DNA from: an uncultured Alphaproteobacteria bacterium
GTDB lineage: Bacteria; Pseudomonadota; Alphaproteobacteria; HIMB59; GCA-002718135
Length of the DNA stretch: 64,000 nt
Reading direction: 5' to 3'
NCBI GenBank assembly: GCA_902621855.1
Contig: CACNNQ010000002.1
Span: 154,731-218,730, forward strand
Shown: piece after piece, positions 10,210 through 20,078 of the stretch
Numbering within the stretch: position 1 is the first letter of the stretch
How the letters are laid out: every line of letters begins with the position of its first letter
Notes under the pieces: generated by a model
What the model was told of the DNA's origin: nothing
Database searches by the model: none
What the model saw: the letters and a program-made list of their open reading frames with translations, nothing else
Position numbers and translations under genes: made by a program

Positions 10210-11219
10210 TAAACGCCTAATTTTTTCTGAAGCTCTTTGGAAGATGTTGTGTATCTAAAAATGTTTTTCTTATCAGGAAAGCAATATTTAAATACTTCTT
10301 GAGCCATTAAAGCAGACTCGTGAAATCCTGATAAAATCAGCTTAAGTTTTCCTGGATACCAATTTATGTCACCAATCGCAAAGATTGAGGGTGTGGAAGT
10401 TTCAAATTTTTCAGTGTCAACTTTAATTAAGTTCTCATGTAAATTTAGACCCCATTCAGCAATTGGACCTAGTTCCATCTTTAAGCCAAAAAATGGTAAA
10501 AAATAATCTACTTCAATATTTAATCTTTTATCATCATTTTCGTATTCTAGCATTATTTTACTATCTCGAATTTTTGTAATCTTTTTTATTTGGCCTTTTA
10601 AAAATTTAATTTTTCCTTTTGTTTCTAATTCTTGCATCTTTGAAACAGAGTCAGGTGCTGCCCTAAACTCTTTTCTTCTATGTATTAGAGTTACATTGGA
10701 ATCCTTAGATAGTTCATTTGTCCAATCTAAAGCAGAATCTCCTCCTCCTGCAATTAAGAGTTTTTTATTCTTAAATATTGATTTGTCACGAATTGCGTAA
10801 AAAACATTTTTATTTTCAAAATTCTCAATATTCTCAATTGGAGGTTTTCGTGGTACAAAGCTTCCTGCTCCTGCAGCTATAACTATGCATTTTGCTTCAA
10901 CTTTTGTTCCTATATTAGTCTCAACAATCCAGCCATATTCTGTTTTAGTGATTTTCTCAACTTGTTGGTTTAAATGAAATTTAGGCTTAAATGGGTTTAT
11001 CTGTTTTATTAACTCGTCAGTTAATTCTTGCCCTGTAACAACTGGTCTTGAAGGGATATCATAAATTGGTTTTTCTGGATATAATTCAGCGCACTGACCT
11101 CCAACCTTATCCAAATTGTCAACTAAATGACATTCAATATTTAATAGACCTAATTCAAATATAGCAAATAGGCCTACCGGACCTGCACCTATAATTACTA
11201 CATCAGTTTTTTCTGTCAT
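10209..11219 (-). CDS. Ferredoxin-NADP+ reductase, thioredoxin-reductase-like type
   Basis: Two dinucleotide-binding motifs (IIGAGPVG, IAGGGDSA) and no TrxB-type CxxC redox pair. Its stop shares one nt with the start of the ferredoxin gene (TAATG). Confidence 0.8.
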   Translation of the reverse strand: MTEKTDVVIIGAGPVGLFAIFELGLLNIECHLVDNLDKVGGQCAELYPEKPIYDIPSRPVVTGQELTDELIKQINPFKPKFHLNQQVEKITKTEYGWIVETNIGTKVEAKCIVIAAGAGSFVPRKPPIENIENFENKNVFYAIRDKSIFKNKKLLIAGGGDSALDWTNELSKDSNVTLIHRRKEFRAAPDSVSKMQELETKGKIKFLKGQIKKITKIRDSKIMLEYENDDKRLNIEVDYFLPFFGLKMELGPIAEWGLNLHENLIKVDTEKFETSTPSIFAIGDINWYPGKLKLILSGFHESALMAQEVFKYCFPDKKNIFRYTTSSKELQKKLGV

Positions 11220-11272
11220 ATATGAAAAATAACAACTTTTTTTATTATTTCTAGAGATTATATATATTCTTA

Positions 11273-12328
11273 ATGAATTACGCTAATACTTCAAAATATT
11301 ATAATCCTGCGGTTTATATATGGCTATTAACAATAACCGCAATGGTTTTATTAATTATAGTAATAGGTGGTCTAACAAGATTAACCGACTCAGGACTTTC
11401 TATGACCGACTGGCGTCCAATATTAGGTATAATTCCTCCACTGAGTTTAGAAAGTTGGTTGGTTGTTTTCGAAATGTATAAACAAACACCAGAATACAAA
11501 ATAGTTAACAAAAATATGACGTTAAATGAGTTTAAATATATTTTTTGGTGGGAGTGGTTTCATAGAATATTTGCAAGAGCCATAGGAATTGTATTTTTAA
11601 TACCATTAATTTACTTCAGTTTTAAAAAGCAAATTCAATCATCACTCTATATAAGACTTGGTATTGTCTTTGTGTTCGGTTTATTTCAAGCAGTTATTGG
11701 ATGGTGGATGGTAAAGAGTGGTTTGACAGAAAATCCTTTTGTAAGCCCCTATAGACTTACTTTTCATCTTTTAAACGCTCTTATTATATTCTCTATACTA
11801 TTATGGATAGCAATGGATTACAGACATTCTTCTAATATAAGTTTTTTATCTAATCCAAAAACTATTGAGTTTTATATTTTAATTGCTGTAATCTTAATAT
11901 TTATCACAATTGCAACAGGAGGATTTATGGCAGGAACCAACTCTGGACAATCTTTTAATACATTTCCATTAATGAATGGAAAAATTATACCTGATGATTA
12001 CATTATTGATGATTTAGGTATTTATAATGTTTTTGAAAATACGGTTGCAATAAATTTTAACCACCGCTGGTTATCAATATTTGTTTTTTTTTATATCCTA
12101 TTTATATGCTTTAAATTTATTAAATTTGATAATAAAAAAGTTTCAAGTATTCTTGTGTATCTAGTTTTATTCTTTCTAACCTTACAGGTAATTTTGGGAA
12201 TTATTACTCTTTTAAGTAATGTCTACTTACCAATCGCAAGTTTACATCAAACTAATTCAATTTTGTTATTATCAACTTTATTAATTAGTTATCATCAAAT
12301 TAAAATTAGAAAGGTTAAAAATGTCTAA
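11273..12328 (+). CDS. ctaA: Heme A synthase (COX15/CtaA)
   Basis: Polytopic membrane protein with CtaA-like LTRLTDSGLSMTDW and WEWFHR motifs plus His-containing helices. Confidence 0.85.
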   Translation: MNYANTSKYYNPAVYIWLLTITAMVLLIIVIGGLTRLTDSGLSMTDWRPILGIIPPLSLESWLVVFEMYKQTPEYKIVNKNMTLNEFKYIFWWEWFHRIFARAIGIVFLIPLIYFSFKKQIQSSLYIRLGIVFVFGLFQAVIGWWMVKSGLTENPFVSPYRLTFHLLNALIIFSILLWIAMDYRHSSNISFLSNPKTIEFYILIAVILIFITIATGGFMAGTNSGQSFNTFPLMNGKIIPDDYIIDDLGIYNVFENTVAINFNHRWLSIFVFFYILFICFKFIKFDNKKVSSILVYLVLFFLTLQVILGIITLLSNVYLPIASLHQTNSILLLSTLLISYHQIKIRKVKNV

Positions 12329-13046
12329 CAAAAATATATTTGTCTTTGGGGGAACGGGTTCTATTGGAAAAGCATTATCAAAAAAATTGAAGAGCAATAA
12401 CTATAATCCAATAATTATTTCTAGGAATGAAACTGAATTAAAACAATTATCTGAGGAAATTGGTTGCGAATATAAAGTCTGTGATGTTTTAGATTTTGAT
12501 AAAGTAAAAAACATTTCAGAAGAGTACAAAGATAGATTATTTGGTATTGCTTTTTGTGTTGGTTCTATAAATTTAAAACCTCTCAAAATGACTAAAGATG
12601 AAGATTTTATTGATTCTTTTAAAATAAATACACTTAGTGCCATTAATGCGATTAAGTTCAATCAAGAAACTCTAGCTAAAAATAATGGTAGTATTCTTCT
12701 TTATTCAACTATAGCGGTAAAACAAGGTTTTACTAATCACACAATAGTCTCTACTGCAAAAGGCGCCATAGAAGGGCTTACTTTAAGCTTGGCTGCAGAA
12801 TTTGCTCCAAAAATTAAAGTAAATTGCATTGCCCCAAGTTTAACTGATGCAAAAATGACACAAAAGTTAATTAGTAATGAAAATATTAAGAAAGCCATTG
12901 AAAATATGCATCCTTTACCAAAAATTGGATCTGGTGATGATTTCTCTGATATTGGAAACTTTCTATTAAGTGATAAAAATAGTTGGATTACTGGGCAAAT
13001 ATTTCATATAGATGGAGGAAGATCATCATTAAGAATTAAATCGTGA
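12321..13046 (+). CDS. Short-chain dehydrogenase/reductase (SDR)
   Basis: N-terminal GGTGSIG Rossmann motif. An S...KxxxE-type catalytic region lies around STAKGAIEG. Length is 241 aa. Confidence 0.75.
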   Translation: MSNKNIFVFGGTGSIGKALSKKLKSNNYNPIIISRNETELKQLSEEIGCEYKVCDVLDFDKVKNISEEYKDRLFGIAFCVGSINLKPLKMTKDEDFIDSFKINTLSAINAIKFNQETLAKNNGSILLYSTIAVKQGFTNHTIVSTAKGAIEGLTLSLAAEFAPKIKVNCIAPSLTDAKMTQKLISNENIKKAIENMHPLPKIGSGDDFSDIGNFLLSDKNSWITGQIFHIDGGRSSLRIKS

Positions 13047-13726
13047 AATATATCTTTATAATTTGTTTAACTCTTTTTTCATTTAGTAGTTTTGGTCAAC
13101 CATTTCCAATACCAGAAGATAATGAGGTAAGTTACGATGTTATTAGAAAAAATAAAATAATTGGAAGCTTAATATCAAAATTTGAAGAAAATGAAGATAG
13201 TGTGGTTATACATTCAGTCTTAGAGATTGAAGTTAAAGTTTTATTTATTCCAGCATATAAATTTTTTCAGGAAACTAAAGAAACCTGGACGAATGGTGAA
13301 TTTGTATCAATAGATGGATTTACAGATTTTGAAGATGATAGGGAATATAAAATAATTGGAAATGATAAAGATAATTTTTTTATTGCTAGTGGTATGGATG
13401 GTGAATTAAAATTAGACAAAAACATAGTACCATTAAACTATTGGAATCAGGAAATGTTAAATGAAAAAGAGGTATTTGATACTCAAAAAGGCATTCTAAG
13501 ATCTATTGAAGTACAGCAACTTCAAGATGAAGTAATTAAAATTAAAGATGTTGAAATCCTTTCAAATAAATATCTTTTTAATGCATCAAAGCATTCAAAA
13601 GATAAAGGTCCATTCCCAGAATATACTCTTTGGTATTTTGAGAAAGAATTAATGAAAATGGAATTTAAAAATCCTAATGATAAAAAAAATATTATAAAAA
13701 TAATTCGTAATGATTGGAGTCAGTAA
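13043..13726 (+). CDS. Hypothetical secreted protein (beta-rich; possibly DUF3108/DUF6134-like)
   Basis: N-terminal signal peptide (MKYIFIICLTLFSFSSFGQ). No recognisable catalytic motif. It sits between two SDR genes, and the family assignment is only a guess. Confidence 0.5.
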   Translation: MKYIFIICLTLFSFSSFGQPFPIPEDNEVSYDVIRKNKIIGSLISKFEENEDSVVIHSVLEIEVKVLFIPAYKFFQETKETWTNGEFVSIDGFTDFEDDREYKIIGNDKDNFFIASGMDGELKLDKNIVPLNYWNQEMLNEKEVFDTQKGILRSIEVQQLQDEVIKIKDVEILSNKYLFNASKHSKDKGPFPEYTLWYFEKELMKMEFKNPNDKKNIIKIIRNDWSQ

Positions 13727-14485
13727 TTGCAAACTATTTGGATTACAGGTGGTTCATCAGGTATAGGTTTTGCAGTTGCAAAAAAATTTTTAGAAGAAAA
13801 TTGGCGTGTAGTAATCTCTTCAAGAAATGAAGATAAATTAATAAAAGCTGTGGAAAGTTTAAAAAATCTGACAAAAAAGAATGAAATTTATTACAAACCT
13901 TGCAATGTAAGTAATTATGCAGAAGTTAATAATACAATATCTTTTATAGAAAATAAGATATCGAACATCAACATAGCCTTGTTAAATGCAACAGCCTACT
14001 CACCTAATAGAAGTCAAGAATTTGATATCAATAATTATAACTTATTGATCAATGTTAATCTAAATGGAACAATAAATTGTATAGATGTTTTAAAAAACTA
14101 TATGAAGGGAAGGAATAATTTAATTTCAATAGTTTCTTCACCCGTTGGATACCGAGGAATGCCCACTGCAGGTGCATATGGCATGACAAAAGCAGCACAA
14201 TTAAATTTAGTAGAGAGTCTATATTTTGATTTTAAAAAACTAAATATAAAAATTTCAGTAATAAACCCAGGATTCATAGATACAGAATCAACTAAATTAA
14301 ATTCTTTTAAAATGCCTTTCCTAAAACCTGCAAGCTATGCTGGAGAAAAAATATTTAAAGGATTGACAGGTAAATACAAATTTGAGATTTATTTTCCCTT
14401 CATTTTAGTCTTTTCTGTAAAAATTATGAGATATTTACCCTTAAAAGTTTATTCATTCATTTGGAAAAAACTGGGTAACTTTTAA
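13727..14485 (+). CDS. Short-chain dehydrogenase/reductase (SDR), TTG start
   Basis: The Rossmann motif TGGSSGIG begins at residue 7, and the catalytic YGMTK is present. The only possible start is TTG at 13727, directly after the upstream TAA. An SD-like GGAG lies 7 nt upstream (13716-13719). Confidence 0.8.
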   Translation: MQTIWITGGSSGIGFAVAKKFLEENWRVVISSRNEDKLIKAVESLKNLTKKNEIYYKPCNVSNYAEVNNTISFIENKISNINIALLNATAYSPNRSQEFDINNYNLLINVNLNGTINCIDVLKNYMKGRNNLISIVSSPVGYRGMPTAGAYGMTKAAQLNLVESLYFDFKKLNIKISVINPGFIDTESTKLNSFKMPFLKPASYAGEKIFKGLTGKYKFEIYFPFILVFSVKIMRYLPLKVYSFIWKKLGNF

Positions 14486-15567
14486 TTTAATTCACCAATA
14501 TATATTCCTAAGCCTTGAGCTACTTTAATTAAGGGGTCATTTTTTTGAATTGTCTTAGAATAACCAGCAATAAGATTAAGTGGTAAATCTTGTACTCCTC
14601 TATCTTTCCATACAACAACTCTATTAAACTTTTTCTTTGCTATTAAATCTACAGCATGAACTCCAAATGCACTAGCTATTAATCTATCTCTATGAGTTGG
14701 TTGTGCACCTCTTTGAACATGTCCTAAAACTGTAACCCTTGTTTCAGAATTAGTTACTTTATAAATTTCATCTCCAAGATAATTTCCTATTCCACCTAAA
14801 CGTACTTCACCATCTACATATTTTACAGTTGCTTTTTTGCCATTTTCTTTTTTTACTGCTTCAGCAACTATAATTAATGCATGATTTCTTCCCTTAGATC
14901 TTAAATTTTCAATATGTTTAGCAATTGATTTTATAGAGTAAGGTATTTCAGGAATTAAGATTACATCTGCTCCTCCAGCTATTCCTGCATTTAATGCTAT
15001 ATGACCTGCATCTCTTCCCATTACTTCGAGTATCATTGCTCTTCTATGACTAGCTGCTGTTGGCTGAAGCATATCCAGTGCATTAGTCGCAACATCTACT
15101 GCAGTATCATATCCAATTGATAATTCATTATTCTTAACATCGTTATCTATTGTTTTTGGTATTCCAACAAAATTTATATTTCCTTTTTTTGTAAGACTTT
15201 GAAGTATTTTCAAACTACCATCACCACCGATACCAATTAATGCATCTATTCCAATTCTCTTAAAACCATCTATAATTATATCTATTGAGTTAACTCTTTT
15301 TCCATTTCTTATAAATTTTTTAAAAGGATTGCCCTTGTTATTAGATCCTAAAAAGGTTCCGCCCATTCTCATTAAATTTCCATCAAAATTCTTTGGTTCA
15401 AGTTTTAAAATATCTAGAGGTTCTTTTAGCAATCCTAGAGTTCCATCTTTAATTCCATAAACTTCCATATTGTATTTATTTGTAGCTCTTAAAGTTACAG
15501 CTCTAATGACTGCATTTAGACCTGCACAATCTCCACCACTTGTTAAAATTGCTATTTTTTTTACCAC
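14482..15567 (-). CDS. pfk: 6-phosphofructokinase (phosphoryl donor uncertain)
   Basis: Motifs present: ILTSGGDCAGLNAVIR, IGGDGS, GIPKTIDND, MGRDAGH, LGHVQRG. Length is 361 aa. Confidence 0.9.
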   Translation of the reverse strand: MVKKIAILTSGGDCAGLNAVIRAVTLRATNKYNMEVYGIKDGTLGLLKEPLDILKLEPKNFDGNLMRMGGTFLGSNNKGNPFKKFIRNGKRVNSIDIIIDGFKRIGIDALIGIGGDGSLKILQSLTKKGNINFVGIPKTIDNDVKNNELSIGYDTAVDVATNALDMLQPTAASHRRAMILEVMGRDAGHIALNAGIAGGADVILIPEIPYSIKSIAKHIENLRSKGRNHALIIVAEAVKKENGKKATVKYVDGEVRLGGIGNYLGDEIYKVTNSETRVTVLGHVQRGAQPTHRDRLIASAFGVHAVDLIAKKKFNRVVVWKDRGVQDLPLNLIAGYSKTIQKNDPLIKVAQGLGIYIGELN

Positions 15568-15611
15568 AGTGCGTTTATATACTATTATTATATTTTTACT
15601 TATTTATTTTC

Positions 15612-15812
15612 ATGGACGATATAAACAAACTTATAGAAATTTTAAAAAATTTTGAACAAGAACATAGAGATCTTGATGAGATACTTATAAGACTGCAAGA
15701 AAAAAATACTGTAGATTTTTTACAAATTCAAAGGTTAAAAAAAAGAAAATTAATCCTAAAGGATAAGATATTAGAAATTCAAAATAAATTAGAGCCAGAT
15801 AGTATAGCTTAA
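15612..15812 (+). CDS. DUF465 (YdcH-like) small protein; start moved to Met25 of the 90-aa ORF
   Basis: EHRDLDEILIRL...LQIQRLKKRKLILKDKILEI matches the DUF465 pattern. The upstream 24 aa are hydrophobic and overlap the pfk start. Confidence 0.7.
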   Translation: MDDINKLIEILKNFEQEHRDLDEILIRLQEKNTVDFLQIQRLKKRKLILKDKILEIQNKLEPDSIA

Positions 15813-16438
15813 GAAAAGAAACTTTTTAAAAATTTAGGTGCATTGTCCTTAATAAAAGATATTCTTTCCTTAATTTTTGGAATTTTTGATATTTTTTTAA
15901 GATTTTTATCAATATTTTCTTCAACTAATTTCATATCTTTTGAAAAAAAAACAAATAAGGCATTAGTATATACTCCTGATAAAATAAGTCTTTTTGTATA
16001 AAAATTAAAATCTGTTGAATTATCTCCAGCTAAATACCACATTGTGTTTACTGAATTATATAAACTCTTTTTAGATATTTTATTATTTGTGGGTATCAAA
16101 ATATGATTAAACGTTTTTTTATAAAATTCTTTATCTTCATTTAATATATCAAAACGTAATAATAATATTTTTTTTATTCTTTTGTTTATTGGAAAATTAA
16201 TCAAGTTAATTTTTTTTAATTTATTTTCAAGTTTGTAATTTATATCTTGCAAAGAAAATTCTAATAAATCCTTATATCCATCTGGAAAATAATAGAATAA
16301 ATCACTTTTTTTTATGTTTTGTTTTTGTAATTTTAAAAAAATTTCTGATGACCAACCTTCAATTGATACGATTTTCTTCACTTTTTTGAGAATAAACTCT
16401 TTCTTTTTATTTAAATTTCTATTTTCTGTTTTGGTCAT
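15809..16438 (-). CDS. COQ9-family protein (rpsU-divergently-transcribed protein family)
   Basis: STDFNFYTKRLILSGVYTNALFVFFSKD resembles the conserved COQ9/TIGR02396 C-terminal motif. The N-terminal helical region contains EGWS. It is co-oriented with and overlaps def, divergent from rpsU. Confidence 0.6.
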   Translation of the reverse strand: MTKTENRNLNKKKEFILKKVKKIVSIEGWSSEIFLKLQKQNIKKSDLFYYFPDGYKDLLEFSLQDINYKLENKLKKINLINFPINKRIKKILLLRFDILNEDKEFYKKTFNHILIPTNNKISKKSLYNSVNTMWYLAGDNSTDFNFYTKRLILSGVYTNALFVFFSKDMKLVEENIDKNLKKISKIPKIKERISFIKDNAPKFLKSFFS

Positions 16439-16949
16439 TTTTCCAAAAAGTAGTTATTTCTTTTTCAAATCCAAAAGCGTTTTTATGTGCTAAGCGCGAC
16501 GTATACAAAATACCATTTAAATGATCTACCTCATGTTGTACCACCCTTGCATGCAAACCTTCAACTTCGTTTTCTATCACTTTGCCCTCTAAGTCAAAAC
16601 CAGAATATTTAATTTTTTTAAATCTTTTAACTAATCCCTGCATACCAGGAATAGATAAGCATCCTTCCCAATCATCCTCAGTTTCTTCTCCAATAGGAGT
16701 TATTTTAGGATTAATTAATGGCGTAATTTCAATTTTATCTTTTTCTTCATTATCAGGATTACGAAATACTATTATTTTTTTCGAAATATGAACTTGAGGT
16801 GCTGCTAAACCTATACCGTTATAATCAAGCATCGTTTCTGACATATCATAAATTATTTTTTTTAGAGAATTTGATGAAAATTCTTTTATTTCAGAACATT
16901 CTTTTAATAAGATAGGATGACCAATTTTTGATATTTTAAGAATAGACAC
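16419..16949 (-). CDS. def: Peptide deformylase
   Basis: All three signature motifs are present: GIGLAAPQV, EGCLSIPG, HEVDHLNG. Confidence 0.93.
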   Translation of the reverse strand: MSILKISKIGHPILLKECSEIKEFSSNSLKKIIYDMSETMLDYNGIGLAAPQVHISKKIIVFRNPDNEEKDKIEITPLINPKITPIGEETEDDWEGCLSIPGMQGLVKRFKKIKYSGFDLEGKVIENEVEGLHARVVQHEVDHLNGILYTSRLAHKNAFGFEKEITTFWKNDQNRK

Positions 16950-17043
16950 ATAATAAATATAAGTATTTTTTCTAATTTACCAATAGATTAATTCAATATA
17001 TCCGTTTGCAAATAACAAGAGTTTGTGATACTAGCCCGTCCCA

Positions 17044-17241
17044 ATGACACTTTTTGTTAATGTAAAAGATAATAATGTTGAACAAGCTATAAGAAGCTTG
17101 AAAAAAAAGATGCAACGCGAGGGACTTTACAAAGAAATGAAACTAAGAAAGCATTACGAAAAACCTTGTCTTAAAAGAGCTAGAGAAAAAGAAGAAAACA
17201 TTAGAAGAGCGAGAAAAACAGCAAAAAGAAATAACGATTAA
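17044..17241 (+). CDS. rpsU: 30S ribosomal protein S21
   Basis: A 65-aa basic protein. [32 protein letters not shown] is the S21 pattern. Confidence 0.92.
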   Translation: MTLFVNVKDNNVEQAIRSLKKKMQREGLYKEMKLRKHYEKPCLKRAREKEENIRRARKTAKRNND

Positions 17242-18632
17242 GCAGAAAGACTTTTAACAATATCCTCACACATTTTTTTAGCATCTCCAAAAAGCATAGT
17301 AGTATTATCTCTATAAAATAATTCATTATCAACTCCTGAATAGCCAGTTGCCATTGAACGTTTTACAAATAAAACACTTTGAGATTTTTCTACATCTAAA
17401 ATAGGCATACCGAAAATAGGAGACGACTCATCCGTTTTAGCAGCAGGATTTGTTACATCATTTGCACCAATAACAAAAGAAACTTCTGTCATTGGAAAAT
17501 CATGATTAATTTCATCTAGCTCTAAAACTTCTTCATAAGGAACATTAGCTTCAGCTAGTAAAACATTCATATGGCCTGGCATTCTTCCTGCAACTGGATG
17601 TATTGCATATCTTACCTCTATTCCTTCTTTTTTTAATATATCACCCATCTCCCTTAAAGCATGTTGAGCTTGTGCTACAGCCATTCCATATCCAGGTACA
17701 ATAATTACAGAGTCTGCATTTTTCATGATATATGCTGCATCCTCTGCATTTCCTTGTTTAACAATTTTATCAGAGTTATCTTTGCTAGAACTAGAATCTT
17801 GTTCACCGCCAAAACCTCCCAAAACAACATTAATAATGGATCTATTCATCCCCTTACTCATTATATAGCTTAATATTGCACCAGATGCTCCGACAAGAGC
17901 GCCAGTTATAATTAATAGGTTATTACTTAATGTAAATCCTATGCCACAAGCGGCCCAACCTGAATAAGAGTTAAGCATAGAAACTACAACTGGCATGTCA
18001 GCCCCACCAATAGGAATTACTACAAGAAAACCTAATAATATTGAAACAACAACTATTGTCCAAAAGATTGTTGGAGATTGATTGACTACAAATAAAATAA
18101 TTAGGAAAATAATAAGTAGAAAAATAAGTGCATTTATAAAATGCTGAAACTTAAATACCAAAGGCTTTCCTGAAATTGTTCCTTGTAATTTTCCAAAAGC
18201 CAAAACCGAACCAGAAAAAGTAATTGCTCCAATAAATGTTCCGATACTCATTTCAACTAAACTAGCAGTTTTTATTGATCCAACTTTTCCAATACTAAAA
18301 GCTACAGGATCATAGAATGCAGCAGCAGCAACAAAAACAGCTGCTAAACCAACTAAGCTATGAAAAGCTGCTACCAATTGAGGTAATGCTGTCATCTCAA
18401 TTCTAAGAGCTATAAATGAACCTATTGCACCACCAATTAGTATTGCAGCACCAATTTCATAATAACTAAAAACTGATTTGAACATTAGTGTTGTAAACAC
18501 AGCTATAATCATTCCAATTATACCAAAAATGTTACCCATTCTTGAAGATTCAGGGTGAGATAAACCTCTTAAGGCTAAAATAAATAATAATGCAGAAATT
18601 AAATATAATATCGCAACCATGTTAGAAGACAT
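17238..18632 (-). CDS. pntB: NAD(P) transhydrogenase subunit beta
   Basis: N-terminal polytopic dII domain plus C-terminal dIII domain ([36 protein letters not shown]). Confidence 0.93.
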   Translation of the reverse strand: MSSNMVAILYLISALLFILALRGLSHPESSRMGNIFGIIGMIIAVFTTLMFKSVFSYYEIGAAILIGGAIGSFIALRIEMTALPQLVAAFHSLVGLAAVFVAAAAFYDPVAFSIGKVGSIKTASLVEMSIGTFIGAITFSGSVLAFGKLQGTISGKPLVFKFQHFINALIFLLIIFLIILFVVNQSPTIFWTIVVVSILLGFLVVIPIGGADMPVVVSMLNSYSGWAACGIGFTLSNNLLIITGALVGASGAILSYIMSKGMNRSIINVVLGGFGGEQDSSSSKDNSDKIVKQGNAEDAAYIMKNADSVIIVPGYGMAVAQAQHALREMGDILKKEGIEVRYAIHPVAGRMPGHMNVLLAEANVPYEEVLELDEINHDFPMTEVSFVIGANDVTNPAAKTDESSPIFGMPILDVEKSQSVLFVKRSMATGYSGVDNELFYRDNTTMLFGDAKKMCEDIVKSLSA

Positions 18633-18949
18633 TATTTTTTTTCCCTTGTTTTTTTTGTTTTTTTCTTAAACATAGAGAGCATTCGATATGTTACTAAAAA
18701 TCCTCCAAAAATATTAACTGAAGCTAATACAACTCCAATTAATCCAAATATTTTTGAAGTATCAAAACCTTGAGGACCAGCTGCCAGTATTGCACCGACT
18801 ATAATTACACTTGATATTGCGTTTGTTACACCCATTAATGGACTATGTAAAGCAGGAGTAACTGACCAGACTACATAATACCCAATAATGCAAGCTAAGA
18901 AAAATACTGTTAGACCGATAACAAAAACTTCTGAAGAATGTGCTTCCAT
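18632..18949 (-). CDS. pntA: NAD(P) transhydrogenase subunit alpha, part 2 (membrane segment)
   Basis: A 105-aa protein with three hydrophobic helices. It sits between the dI and beta genes, as in split alphaproteobacterial PntAA/AB/B systems. Confidence 0.88.
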   Translation of the reverse strand: MEAHSSEVFVIGLTVFFLACIIGYYVVWSVTPALHSPLMGVTNAISSVIIVGAILAAGPQGFDTSKIFGLIGVVLASVNIFGGFLVTYRMLSMFKKKTKKTREKK

Positions 18950-18950
18950 A

Positions 18951-20072
18951 TTACTTAAATTGCTCCAATCTTACATCTCCATCATGCGTTAGCAAAACAG
19001 AACTAATTATTTCATCTTCAAAATCAAAATTTATCTTTTTATTTTCTTTATCAATTAACAGACTTAAAAAATTAAAAATATTTTTAGCATACAAAGCTGA
19101 AGCATCTTTTGCAACTCTTCCTGGAACATTACCGTAACCAACAACTTTAACTCCATTATACATTACTATTTCATTCATTTTACTTAAAGGACAATTACCA
19201 CCAGCTTCTACAGCTAAATCAATTACTACTGAACCAGGTATCATCGAAGCAACCATTTCTTCTGTAATTAAAACCGGTGCTTTTTTCCCCGGGATAAGGG
19301 CTGTACAAATTACAATGTCTTGTTTTGAAACTGTTTCAGCTATCAATTGAGCTTGTTTCTTTTTATAATCTTCACTCATTTCTTTTGCATAACCACCTTC
19401 GGTTTCAGCATTTTGAGCTTCATCATCTTCAACCATAATAAATTTACCGCCAAGACTTTCGACTTGTTCCTTTGTTGCTGCTCTAACATCAGTAGCAGAC
19501 ACTACTGCTCCAAGTCTTTTTGCCGTTGCTATAGCTTGTAAGCCTGCAACTCCTACACCAAGTATCATAACCTTTGCTGGATTTACTCTTCCTGCTGCAG
19601 TCATCATCATTGGAAAAGCTTTTCCAAATTGCTCTGCTGCATCAATTACACTCCTATAGCCTGCTAAGTTAGCTTGGGATGATAAAACATCCATACTCTG
19701 GGCTCTGCTTATTCTTGGAATTAATTCCATACAGCATGATGATATTTTGTTTTTGTTTAAGTTAGAAAATTCAGATTTATTTTCATATGGGTTCAAAATT
19801 CCAATAAGTAAGGAATTAATTTTTAAGTTATTTATATCATCAGCACTTGGCATTCTGACACATAGACAAACATCAGCTTTTAAACATTCTGATCTATTAA
19901 CTATTTTAGCTCCAGCTTCTTCATAATTTGAATTTTGATATCCTGAAGTTTCTCCTGCTCCATTTTCAATAATAACTTCAAAACCTAGTCTAGAAAAAAG
20001 CTTTACAGATTCAGGGGATATAGAGACTCTTGTCTCAATGTTATCATTTTCTTTAATAGCAGATAAGAGCAT
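18951..20072 (-). CDS. pntA: NAD(P) transhydrogenase subunit alpha, part 1 (dI, NAD(H)-binding)
   Basis: Alanine dehydrogenase/PNT fold, with Rossmann motif ILGVGVAGLQAIA. Length is 373 aa. Confidence 0.92.
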   Translation of the reverse strand: MLLSAIKENDNIETRVSISPESVKLFSRLGFEVIIENGAGETSGYQNSNYEEAGAKIVNRSECLKADVCLCVRMPSADDINNLKINSLLIGILNPYENKSEFSNLNKNKISSCCMELIPRISRAQSMDVLSSQANLAGYRSVIDAAEQFGKAFPMMMTAAGRVNPAKVMILGVGVAGLQAIATAKRLGAVVSATDVRAATKEQVESLGGKFIMVEDDEAQNAETEGGYAKEMSEDYKKKQAQLIAETVSKQDIVICTALIPGKKAPVLITEEMVASMIPGSVVIDLAVEAGGNCPLSKMNEIVMYNGVKVVGYGNVPGRVAKDASALYAKNIFNFLSLLIDKENKKINFDFEDEIISSVLLTHDGDVRLEQFK

Positions 20073-20078
20073 GGGTAC

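Noticed and set aside
16950-17043. A possible rpsU promoter: TTGCAA, a 15-nt spacer, then an extended -10 TGtGATACT.
   Set aside because: The match is plausible but weak (non-optimal spacer, 4 of 6 in the -10) and leaves only a 12-nt leader. That is not enough to report as a feature without transcription start mapping.
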